In this document: positions 20,181 to 30,652 of the stretch, in pieces | Layout: each line of letters begins with the position of its first letter | How positions within the stretch are numbered: the stretch's first letter is position 1 | Assembly (NCBI GenBank): GCA_036259255.1 | Contig: DATACC010000228.1 | Location: 592-64,591 of the forward strand | Source: Thermoanaerobaculia bacterium | Lineage (GTDB): Bacteria > Acidobacteriota > Thermoanaerobaculia > Multivoradales > JBCCEF01 | Reading direction: 5' to 3' | Length of the DNA stretch: 64,000 bases | Translations under genes and position numbers: made by a program | The notes under the pieces: model-generated | Seen by the model: the letters and a program-made list of their open reading frames with translations, nothing else | The model's database searches: none | Told to the model about the DNA's origin: nothing

Positions 20181-20942
20181 CTACCGCCGCTTCGCCCGCA
20201 GCTCCGCCAGGAAGCCGCGGATCGCGTCCAGGGTGCCGGCGCTCGACCAGGCGGCGACGAGGTCGTCCAACTCGTCGGCGACGTCCGTGAGCCCCTGGTG
20301 CTCGCGGAGCTGGCGTTTGGTGGCGGCGAAGGCGGGCGGCGGGACGGCGGCGAGGCGGTTGGCGACCTCGAGGGCGCGGGCGGCCAGCTCGCCGGGGCTC
20401 ACCAGCTCGTGGAGCAGACCGTGGCGATGGGCCTCGGCCACCGGCATCGGCTCGGCCAGGTAGAGCATCGGCTCGCGCAGGTGCACCGGAGTGACCGCAA
20501 GCACCATCGCCTGGGCGATGCGCGGAAACGGCACCCCCACCTTGAGCTCGGTGAAGCCGATCGTCGCCGGGCCTGTGACGCCGATCCGGTAGTCGCAGCC
20601 GCAGGCGGTCACGAAGCCGCCGGCCAGCGCGTGGCCGTTCAGCGCCGCCACCAGCGGGCGCGGGAACTCGACCAGCTGGTGGAACAGGGCGCACAGCTCG
20701 GCCAGGAAACGCTCCCGGTACTCGCCCGCCTCCTCGACCAGCCGGAAGAGGTCGACCCCGGCGGAGAACACCGAGCCGGTGCCGGTGAGCACCACCGCCG
20801 ATCCCGCCGCCTCCGCCGTCGCGAGCTCCTGCGCCAGCGCCGCGACCAGCTCCCGGTCCAGGGCACTCACCTTGCCGTGGGCCAGGCGCAGCACCGTCAC
20901 CGCCGATTCCGTCCCTTCTCCGTGCCTTTCTCGTTCGATCAT
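20181..20942 (-). CDS. Enoyl-CoA hydratase/isomerase (crotonase) family
   Basis: VVLTGTGSVFSAGVDL, ALNGHALAGGF crotonase motifs; ATG 20942 with GGAGG RBS (track ORF 20181..22070 overextended). Confidence 0.85.
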   Translation of the reverse strand: MIERERHGEGTESAVTVLRLAHGKVSALDRELVAALAQELATAEAAGSAVVLTGTGSVFSAGVDLFRLVEEAGEYRERFLAELCALFHQLVEFPRPLVAALNGHALAGGFVTACGCDYRIGVTGPATIGFTELKVGVPFPRIAQAMVLAVTPVHLREPMLYLAEPMPVAEAHRHGLLHELVSPGELAARALEVANRLAAVPPPAFAATKRQLREHQGLTDVADELDDLVAAWSSAGTLDAIRGFLAELRAKRR

Positions 20943-21041
20943 CGCTTCCTCCTCGGTGGCCGAGCTTAACCGCCGGCGCGGGCCCGCGGGACGCGGTGCG
21001 TCGTGCGCCCGGCCGGCGGATGGGTTAATCTGATCGTCACC

Positions 21042-22585
<1,544 letters not shown>

Positions 22586-22589
<4 letters not shown>

Positions 22590-25369
22590 GCGAAAGCACC
22601 CGCAGGTCCGCGAGCGGCCGGTTCGTCGTGGTCGACGGCAACGAGGTTCCCTACCGCGAGGGCGAGACGGTGCTCTCCGCCGCCCGGCGCCTCGGCGTCG
22701 ACATCCCCACCCTGTGCCACGACGACCGGCTGGAGCCCGCCGGCGCCTGCCGCATGTGCCTGGTGGAGGTCGAGGGACAGCGCCGCCTGCAGCCGGCGTG
22801 CGCCTGGCGCACCGAGCCCGGCATGGTGGTGCGGACCACGACGCCGCGGGTGGAGCGCAATCGCCGCTTCCTGCTCTCGCTCCACCTCGCCGACACCATC
22901 GCCGACCGCGCGGTGGCCGAGGACGCCAACCCGTCGCGCCTCCACGATCTCGCCGAGCGCCACGGCACGGCGGGGGAGTGGGCGCCGGTCGAATCTCCCC
23001 GGGCGGCCCGCCCGGGCGACGACAACCCCTACATCGCCTTCCGCCCGGACCGCTGCATCGCCTGCGGCCTGTGCGTGCGCTACTGCGACGAGATCGAGGG
23101 GGTGAGCGCCATCACGCTGGCCGAGCGCGGCGCCCGCACCACCATCGCCACGGCCGACGGGCGTTCGCTCACCGACACCACCTGCGAGCTGTGCGGCGGC
23201 TGCGTCGGGGTCTGCCCTACCGGGGCGATGACCGAGCGCCCGGCGCTCGCCCACGGCAAGGCGGAGCGCGACCTCGACAAGGTGCGCACCACCTGCAACT
23301 TCTGCGGCGTCGGCTGCCAGATCGATCTCGTGGTGGACCGCGAGGCGGAGCGCGTGGTGAAGGTGACGGCGCCGCCGCCGGGCACCACGGTCAACGACGG
23401 CAACCTGTGCGTCAAGGGCCGCTTCGCCTACGACTTCATCCACCACGAGGACCGCCTCACCACGCCGCTGGTGCGCGCCGAGGACGGGACGCTGCGCCCC
23501 GCCTCGTGGGACGAGGCCCTCGACCGCGTGGTGGCGGGCCTCCAGGGGGTCGCCGCCGAGCACGGCGCCGACGCGCTTGCCTTCATCTCCTCGAGCCGCT
23601 GCACGGGCGAGGAGAATTACCTGATGCAGAAGATGGCGAGGGCCGCCTTCGGCACCCACAACATCCATCAATGCGCCGCCACCTGACACGCTCCCACGGT
23701 CGCCGGTCTGGTGACCACGTACGGAGCGGGGGCGATGACCAACTCGATCCCGGAGATCCGGGACGCTGACTTCCTGTTCGTCATCGGGTCGAACACCACC
23801 GAGGCGCACCCGATCATCGCCATGGAGATGAAGCGGGCGGTACGCCGCGGCGCGAAGCTCGCCGTGGCCGACCCGCGCCGCATCTGGCTCACCGAGATCG
23901 CCGACTGGCACCTGCAGATCGCCCCCGGCACCGACGTCTGGCTCTTGAACGCGATGGCCCACGTGATCCTCTCCGAGGGGCTGGAGGACCGCGCCTGGAT
24001 CGAGGCCAACACCGAGGGCTTCGAGGCGATGCGCGAGACGGCGCTGCGCTACACCCCGGAGGAGGCGGAGAAGGTCACCGGCGTACCGGCGGAGACGATC
24101 CGCGAGGTGGCCCGCGCCTACGCCACCACGCCCAACGCCGGCATCTACTACACGCTGGGCATCACCGAGCACACCACCGGCACCGACAACGTGTACGCGC
24201 TGTCGAACCTGGTTCTGATGACCGGCCACCTGGGCCGCCGCTCGGCGGGGCTCAACCCGCTGCGCGGCCAGAACAACGTGCAGGGTGCCAACGACGCCGG
24301 TGCCACGCCGGTCTTTTACCCCGGCTATCAGCGCGCCGGCGACCCCGAGGTGCGCGAGAAGTTCGCCCGCGCCTGGGGCGTGCCGCAGAGCGAGACTCCC
24401 GGGCTCAACCTCAACGAGATGATGAAGGCGATGAGCGCCGGCAAGGTGCGCGGCATCTACCTCATGGGCGAGGACATCGTGATCTCGGAGCCCAACGCCG
24501 CGCGGGTGGAGGAGGCGCTCAACGGCATCGACTTCCTGGTGGTCCAGGACATCTTCTTCAACGAGAGCTGCCGCTGGGCCGACGTGGTGCTGCCGGCCAC
24601 CTGCTTCGCCGAGAAGGACGGCGTGTTCACCAACTCCGACCGCCGGGTGCAGCGGGTCCGCAAGGCGGTCGAGCCGCCGGGCGAGGCGCGGGCCGACTGG
24701 TGGATCCTCGCCGAGGTGATGCGCCGCGCCGGCCTCCGGCAGCCGGACTACGCCGACCCGGGGGAGATCTACGCCGAGATGGCGGCCCTGTCGCCGAAGT
24801 TCGCCGGCATCAGCCACCAGCGGCTCGAGCGCGAGGGCGGCCTGCAGTGGCCGTGTGCGGCGCCGGACCAGCCGGGCACGGAGTTCCTGCACCAGGGCGG
24901 GGTGCTGCGCGGCAAGGGGCTGTTCGAGGCGGTGGAGTACCGGCCGCCGGCGGAGTGCTCCGACGCCGAGTACCCGTTCATCCTCTCCACCGGCCGCACC
25001 CTCTACCACTACAACGCCGCCACCCAGACCCGGCGTAGCGAGGGGCTGGACCGGAAGCAGCCGGAATCCTTCGTCGAGATCCACCCCCGCGACGCCGCCG
25101 ATCTCGGGGTGGCCGACGGCGCCCTGGTGGAGGTGGTCACCCGCCGCGGTCGGGTGCGCGCCCGGGCGATGCTCAGCCGCCAGGTGAAGCGCCACGTGAT
25201 CTGGATGCCCTTCCACTTCGCCGAGTCGCGCACCAACTACCTCACCAACGACGCCGGCGACGCCGTCACCGGCACCGGCGAGTACAAGGTGTGCGCGGCG
25301 CAGGTCGTCCCCGTCGCCGGCGCCACGGCAGAGCAGCGCTTCCCGGGGGCGTGGGCGGCGGCGGAGTAG
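22586..25369 (+). CDS. Formate dehydrogenase alpha subunit (molybdopterin; NuoG-like 2Fe-2S/4Fe-4S N-terminus), selenocysteine-containing: in-frame TGA at 23684..23686 read as Sec
   Basis: Track ORFs 22586..23686 and 23711..25369 are the same frame separated only by TGA. Junction CAAT-U-HAPTVAGLVTTYGAGAMTNSIPEI matches the FdhF CARV-U-HGPSVAGL...GAMSN active-site region from memory. Confidence 0.85.
23687..23725 (+). promoter_or_regulatory. Bacterial SECIS-like stem-loop downstream of the UGA (GGTCGCC-GGUCUG-GTGACC)
   Basis: Hairpin 23698..23716 about 11 nt after UGA; apical GGUCUG as in E. coli fdhF SECIS (recalled from memory); sequence begins UGACACG like fdhF. Confidence 0.55.
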
Positions 25370-25637
25370 GGGCGGCACCCGCAGCCGATTCGCGCCAGGC
25401 GCGCCGCGTCGTCCTCGTTCGAGCTCGACCAGCTTCGGGCCATCCTCCAGGGCGGTATCCACGATGCGTACGCTCGCGCCGGTCAACTCCACGGTGGCCG
25501 GGCGAGGCGCTGAAGTGCTGGCTGGGATGTTGGGCTCTAGTGGCCGTTACAGGACGGCGAGGTGATGATTCCTCGCGCCACCGGAGACCACAGGCGCCGC
25601 GGTGGTGCATCTTGACGGGTGTCAGATAGCGCGCCAA

Positions 25638-25866
25638 GATGACACCCATGGTGAAGACCCAGGTCTATTTCCGAGCCGAGGAGCTGGAGGGCCTGCACCG
25701 GGTTGCCCAGGAGTCCGGAGGCGGCGTGGAATTACTTCCGCGGACGTAAGCTGCACAAGCTGTCGGCGGTCGCCACGAGCTTCGTCCTGATGAAGCGGGA
25801 GGGGATCCGCCTCGCCTTCACGTTCGACCATCATTTCGCCACCGTCGGCTACCGGATGGTGGGTTG
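25638..25866 (+). pseudogene. Decayed toxin-antitoxin remnant: RHH/VapB-like antitoxin N-terminus (MTPMVKTQVYFRAEELEGLHRVAQESGGG) frameshifted into a PIN/VapC-like C-terminal fragment (...GIRLAFTFDHHFATVGYRMVG)
   Basis: Two short frames linked by a frameshift near 25720; total far shorter than an intact vapBC; located in 720-bp fdhA-fumC intergenic region. Confidence 0.35.
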
Positions 25867-26091
25867 AGCAGCCGGCACACGGATCCTGCGTGCTAGGTTT
25901 CTATTCTTGAGCAAGCGCAATCTCACCTTGGACGACGACCTCCTGGCCCGGGCCCGCGAGGTGGCGGCGCGGCGCAGACGAGAACGCTGGTGTCGACGAA
26001 CGCCTCGCCCTCAGCGGGCATGGAGCTCGTCCCAGCGGGGCAGCGGCCGTCTCGAGAATCCCTTTTCCGGCCCCGATCGAGGAGCAGTGAC

Positions 26092-27492
26092 ATGAGCGAG
26101 TCTAGGACCGAGCGCGACAGCCTGGGGGAGATCGAGGTTCCGGCCTCGGCCTATTACGGGGCGCAGACGGAGCGGGCGCGGCGCAACTTTCCGGTGTCGG
26201 GGTTGGTGTTTCCGCACCGGTTCGTGGCCGCCATGGCGCGGCTGAAGCGCGAGGCGGCGCGGGTCAACGCGGAGATGGGGCTGGTGCCGGCGGAGGTGGC
26301 CGAGGCCATCGTCCAGGCCGCCGACGAGGTGATCGCCGGGCGCCACCGCGACCAGTTCCCCCTCGACGTCTTCCAGACCGGCTCCGGCACCTCGACCAAC
26401 ATGAACGTCAACGAGGTGCTGTCGAACCGGGCCATCGAGATCCTCGGCGGCGTGGTCGGCTCGAAGTCGCCGGTGCACCCGAACGACCACGTCAATGCCG
26501 GGCAGTCGTCCAACGACACCATCCCCACCGCGATCCACGTCGCCGCCTACGGTGCGGTGGCCGAGGACCTGGAGCCGGCGCTGGTCCACCTCGCCGAGAC
26601 CCTGGAGGCCAAGGCCGCCGAGCTCGACGACGTGGTGAAGATCGGCCGCACCCATCTCCAGGACGCCGTGCCGGTGCGCCTCGGGCAGGAGTTCTCGGGC
26701 TACGCCGCCCAGGTGCGCTACGGCCTCGACCGCCTGGCCGCCGCTCGCGAGCGCCTCGCCGAGCTGGCCCTGGGAGGCACCGCCGTGGGCACCGGCTTGA
26801 ACGCGCCGCCGGGCTTCGCCGACCGGGTGATCGCGGGCGTCGCCGAGGGGACCGGCCACCCGTTCCGCCCGGCACCCAACAAGTTCGAGGCGCTGGCCGC
26901 CAAGGACGCGGCGGTGGAGACCTCGGGCCAGCTCAAGACCCTGGCCGTGTCGCTCACCAAGATCGCCAACGACATCCGCTGGCTCGCCTCCGGCCCGCGC
27001 TGCGGCATCGGCGAGATCGAGATCCCGAGCCTGCAGCCGGGCAGCTCGATCATGCCCGGAAAGGTCAACCCGGTGATCCCGGAGTCGGTGCTGATGGTCT
27101 GCGCCCAGGTGGTCGGCAACGACGCCACCATCGCCGTGGGCGGCATGGCGGGCAACTTCGAGCTCAACGTGATGATGCCGGTGATCGCCTACAACCTGCT
27201 GCAGTCGATCGAGATCCTGGCCGCCGCCTCGCGCCTGCTGGCGGACCGCTGCGTGGCGGGCCTCGAGGCGCGCCGCGAACGCTGCGAGGAGCTGGTGGAG
27301 CGGTCCCTCGCCATGGTCACCTCGCTCGCCCCGAAGATCGGCTACGACGCCGCCGCCGACATCGCCAAGGAGTCGTGGAAGACCGGCCGCCCGGTGCGCG
27401 AGCTCGCCCGCGAGCGCCAGGTGCTGCCGAGCGACGAGCTGGAGCGCGCGCTCGACGCCCGCGCCATGACGGAGGGCGGCATCCAGGAATGA
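26092..27492 (+). CDS. fumC: Fumarate hydratase class II
   Basis: [27 protein letters not shown] signature; start ATG 26092 with GGAG RBS (track ORF starts 25990). Confidence 0.9.
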   Translation: MSESRTERDSLGEIEVPASAYYGAQTERARRNFPVSGLVFPHRFVAAMARLKREAARVNAEMGLVPAEVAEAIVQAADEVIAGRHRDQFPLDVFQTGSGTSTNMNVNEVLSNRAIEILGGVVGSKSPVHPNDHVNAGQSSNDTIPTAIHVAAYGAVAEDLEPALVHLAETLEAKAAELDDVVKIGRTHLQDAVPVRLGQEFSGYAAQVRYGLDRLAAARERLAELALGGTAVGTGLNAPPGFADRVIAGVAEGTGHPFRPAPNKFEALAAKDAAVETSGQLKTLAVSLTKIANDIRWLASGPRCGIGEIEIPSLQPGSSIMPGKVNPVIPESVLMVCAQVVGNDATIAVGGMAGNFELNVMMPVIAYNLLQSIEILAAASRLLADRCVAGLEARRERCEELVERSLAMVTSLAPKIGYDAAADIAKESWKTGRPVRELARERQVLPSDELERALDARAMTEGGIQE

Positions 27493-28757
27493 TCGCGGCC
27501 CGGGGGGCCGCCGCCATGACCTCTTCCGACCCGAGTGCCGACTGCCCCGCGGCGCTGGCCGGCGCCCTGATGGCGGCCTTTGCCGACCGCACGGGCCTCA
27601 CCGCTCCCGAGCCGGACGCCGAGCCGGACGCTCCCGGCGGGTCTTTCGGCCGGCCGGCGCCGCCGCTCCGGCGCTACCTGTGGACCGACGCCTTCGCCGT
27701 CTGCAATCTCCTGGCGCTGGAGCGCCGCACGGGCGATCCCTCCCACCGCCGCGGCGCCCTGCGCCTGGTCGACCAGGTCCACGAGACCCTCGCCCGCCAC
27801 CGTCCGGACGACGAGCGCACCGGTTGGATCAGCGGCCTGTCCGAGCAGGAGGGGCGCCGCCGCCCCACCGCCGGCGGCCTGCGCATCGGCAAGGAGCTGC
27901 CGGAGCGGGCGCCCGGCGAACCGTACGACCCGGACCGCGAGTGGGACCGCGACGGCCAGTACTACCACTACCTGACGAAGTGGATGCACGCCCTGGCGCA
28001 GGTGGCGTCGGCGACGGGCGAGACGCGCTACCACCGCTGGGCCGCGGAGCTGGCTGCGGTGGCCCAGCGCCGCTTCACGGTGGACGGGCGGATGGCGTGG
28101 AAGATGAGCCTCGACCTCACCCGCCCGCTGGTCCCCTCGATGGGCCAGCACGATCCCCTCGAGGGTTGCGTCACCGCGCTGGTGCTCACCGCCACGGCCC
28201 CGGCGGTGCGCGGCTCCGACGGGGAGCCGGAACCGGACCTCGCCCCCACCACGGCCGCCCTGGCCGTGCTCTGCGAGCGGGGGCGCTGGGCCACCGAGGA
28301 CCCGCTGGGCATCGGCGGCCTGCTCACCGACGCCTGGCGCCTGGCCCAGATCCTCCCGGCGGAGGCCGGGCCGGCGCCGTCGGAGGCGGAGCTGACCGAG
28401 GCCCTGCTCGCTCAGGTCCTGGCGGACTCGGCCCGCAGTCTCCACGCCTTCACCAGCCGCCCCGGTCTCGACCTGCCGGCCGACCGTCGGCTCGGTTTCC
28501 GCGAGCTGGGCCTCGCCCTCGGCCTCGCCGCGGCCGGGCGCCTCGCCGCCTGGAGCCGCGAGGCGCCGCGGGGCCGGCGCTGGCGCGAGCGGATCGAGCC
28601 GCTGGAGCCCTGGGTTGCGCTGGGAGCCCGGATCACGGAGTTCTGGCTCCAGCCCGCGAACCGCAGGGCCCCCACCTGGACCGGCCACCGGAACATCAAC
28701 GAGGTGATGCTGGCCACGGCCTTGGTTCCCGAGGGCTTCCTGGACCTCCCCCGGTAG
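27489..28757 (+). CDS. Hypothetical protein (possible alpha/alpha-toroid enzyme; no confident family)
   Basis: ATG overlaps fumC stop (ATGA); coding-like GC3; motifs [28 protein letters not shown]. Confidence 0.55.
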   Translation: MIAARGAAAMTSSDPSADCPAALAGALMAAFADRTGLTAPEPDAEPDAPGGSFGRPAPPLRRYLWTDAFAVCNLLALERRTGDPSHRRGALRLVDQVHETLARHRPDDERTGWISGLSEQEGRRRPTAGGLRIGKELPERAPGEPYDPDREWDRDGQYYHYLTKWMHALAQVASATGETRYHRWAAELAAVAQRRFTVDGRMAWKMSLDLTRPLVPSMGQHDPLEGCVTALVLTATAPAVRGSDGEPEPDLAPTTAALAVLCERGRWATEDPLGIGGLLTDAWRLAQILPAEAGPAPSEAELTEALLAQVLADSARSLHAFTSRPGLDLPADRRLGFRELGLALGLAAAGRLAAWSREAPRGRRWRERIEPLEPWVALGARITEFWLQPANRRAPTWTGHRNINEVMLATALVPEGFLDLPR

Positions 28758-28797
28758 AGGCGGGGCCGGCTGGGAACGGCCACCCGGCCCGCCGGGC

Positions 28798-29898
28798 CTA
28801 CGAAGCCAGGCAGCTCTCCAGAGCCTCCGCCACCGTCGAGGCGCTTCCGTAGCGCCGCTCCGGATCCTTCTCGAGGCACCGCAGCACGATCGCTTCCAAC
28901 CGCGGCGGCACCCCCGGCGCGAGCTCGCGCAGGGGGCGGGGCTCGTCCTGGAGGGTCATCGTCAGCATCGCCTCGCGGGTCTCCGCCGCGAAGGGCCGGC
29001 GGCCGGAGGCGAGCTCGTAGAGGGTGGCGCCCAGGCCGTAGACGTCGGTGCGCGCCTCGATGCGCTCCGCCTCGCCCCGCGCCTGCTCCGGAGCCATGTA
29101 GGCCGGCGTGCCGACCACCCCCTGGGTGCGGTACGGCCGGTGACGACGGATCTCCTCGGCGATGCCAAAATCGATCACCAGCACCCGTCGGCGCCCGCCG
29201 GTGCCCGGCACCACCAGCAGGTTGCGGGGGTTGAGGTCGCAGTGGACGATGCCGCGACGGTGGATCTCGGCCACCGTCCGGCAGGCTTCGGCCATCAGCG
29301 CCACCGCCTCGTGCAGGGACAGGTGGGGTCGCTCGTCCTTCAGGGTGCGGGCGCCGGCGTACGGCATGGAGAACCACGGGTGGCGCCCCAGCATCCCCCG
29401 GGCGAGCACCGGCAGCACGCCGGGATGCTCCACTCGGGCCTGTAACCGCGCCTCCCGCAGCGGCTCGGCGGCGTCGCGGGGACCGAGTGGGAACTTGATG
29501 GCCACCTCGCGGCCGGCGCCGTCGACGGCGCGGAACACGCGGCCCATGCCGCCGGCGCCGAGGAGTTGCACGTTGCGGAACACGGACCAGCCGGCGAGCA
29601 GCCGGCCGGAAGGGCCCGGCGGCGGTGAACTGCCGGGCCCGGGGAGGACCTGCGTCGGCTCACCGGGGGCGACGGTGGGCCGCTGGGCCGGCTCCTCCCC
29701 GGGGAGGGACCAGATCACCGTCGGAACGACCGGTGATCCGCCCCAGGGCCGCCCCCAGCCCAGGCCACCGGCCGCCGTCCCCGGGGGGTTGGCGCAGGTG
29801 GCTTGCTGGGCTGGTGACGGTCCTCTCATCCCTCGGCGAAGCCGGTGAGGGGCACGGGCTTCTAGGAGGGAGTGGCGGCCGGGGGCGAAACGTTTCAC
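28798..29898 (-). CDS. Hanks-type Ser/Thr protein kinase with low-complexity Pro-rich N-terminus; start uncertain
   Basis: GAGGMGRVFRA...VAIKF, catalytic loop HCDLNPRNLL, DFGIA, GTPAYMAPE. Confidence 0.8.
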   Translation of the reverse strand: MKRFAPGRHSLLEARAPHRLRRGMRGPSPAQQATCANPPGTAAGGLGWGRPWGGSPVVPTVIWSLPGEEPAQRPTVAPGEPTQVLPGPGSSPPPGPSGRLLAGWSVFRNVQLLGAGGMGRVFRAVDGAGREVAIKFPLGPRDAAEPLREARLQARVEHPGVLPVLARGMLGRHPWFSMPYAGARTLKDERPHLSLHEAVALMAEACRTVAEIHRRGIVHCDLNPRNLLVVPGTGGRRRVLVIDFGIAEEIRRHRPYRTQGVVGTPAYMAPEQARGEAERIEARTDVYGLGATLYELASGRRPFAAETREAMLTMTLQDEPRPLRELAPGVPPRLEAIVLRCLEKDPERRYGSASTVAEALESCLAS

Positions 29899-29920
29899 CG
29901 GCGAACCGGCCGCCGCCCGA

Positions 29921-29951
29921 CGAAAAGCGCCCGCCTCCCAAGAAGGCGGGC
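29921..29951 (-). terminator. Rho-independent terminator candidate (GCGCCCGCC-loop-GGCGGGCGC followed by TTTTCG on minus strand)
   Basis: 9-bp perfect stem with 9-nt loop, U-run immediately 3' on the minus strand, just after the 88-aa gene stop. Confidence 0.5.
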
Positions 29952-29977
29952 GCCGAGGGATCCTGTCCGGGGCGGTG

Positions 29978-30244
29978 CTACTCCGAGCTCATCGAGGCGT
30001 CGACCAGGATCCGGATCCAGCAGGATTCGACGTCCAGGACGACCACCAACGCGTCCGGCTCGTCGAACAAGCCAGTCCGGCAGTCGGTGTCGAGGATCGA
30101 GAGCCGGAAGCTGTGGCTGCCGGCGGTGGTGAAGCGCATCCAGGCCCCGGCCGGCAACCACGCCCGGACCGACTTCTCCTCGTTCTCGTCGAAGCCGGTC
30201 TGCTGGAAGTGGATCGGGATCTCGGTTCGGTTGTAGATCTCCAT
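29978..30244 (-). CDS. Hypothetical small protein (88 aa)
   Basis: ATG with G-rich RBS 7 nt upstream; follows 112-aa gene by 17 nt; slightly lower GC than flanks. Confidence 0.45.
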   Translation of the reverse strand: MEIYNRTEIPIHFQQTGFDENEEKSVRAWLPAGAWMRFTTAGSHSFRLSILDTDCRTGLFDEPDALVVVLDVESCWIRILVDASMSSE

Positions 30245-30261
30245 GTCGGTTCCCCCCGGGT

Positions 30262-30600
30262 CTAGGTGCAGGTACCGGTAGCGGTCGGCGCTGGGTTCAC
30301 TTCGACGTCGGGCGGATTGGACCTGAGGTCGCGCACGGTGATCACCGTGGCGGGGTCGGTGAACTGCACCCAGTAGCAGCCCCCGAAATCGTTGGTCACG
30401 ACGGCGATGTAGTCGAAACTTCCCGTCGGAGTGAACATCACCTCCGCAATCGGTGGCAGCGTGCCCCAGATCACGTCGTCCCCGGGGCCGGTGGCCGGAG
30501 GATCCTTGATCAGGGCGAGAAACTCGTCCAGCGTGTGGCCGCCGCCCCCTCCGGTCTGGTTGTAGTCGACGTCGTCTTCGGTCTCGTTGTCGATCTTCAT
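30262..30600 (-). CDS. Hypothetical small acidic protein (112 aa)
   Basis: ATG 30600 with GGGAG RBS; track ORF 30262..30771 overextended. Confidence 0.45.
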   Translation of the reverse strand: MKIDNETEDDVDYNQTGGGGGHTLDEFLALIKDPPATGPGDDVIWGTLPPIAEVMFTPTGSFDYIAVVTNDFGGCYWVQFTDPATVITVRDLRSNPPDVEVNPAPTATGTCT

Positions 30601-30652
30601 CCCGATCTCCCGTTCGAAAAGGAAGGACCCCGGTGCCCTGTCCGGCGATGCC

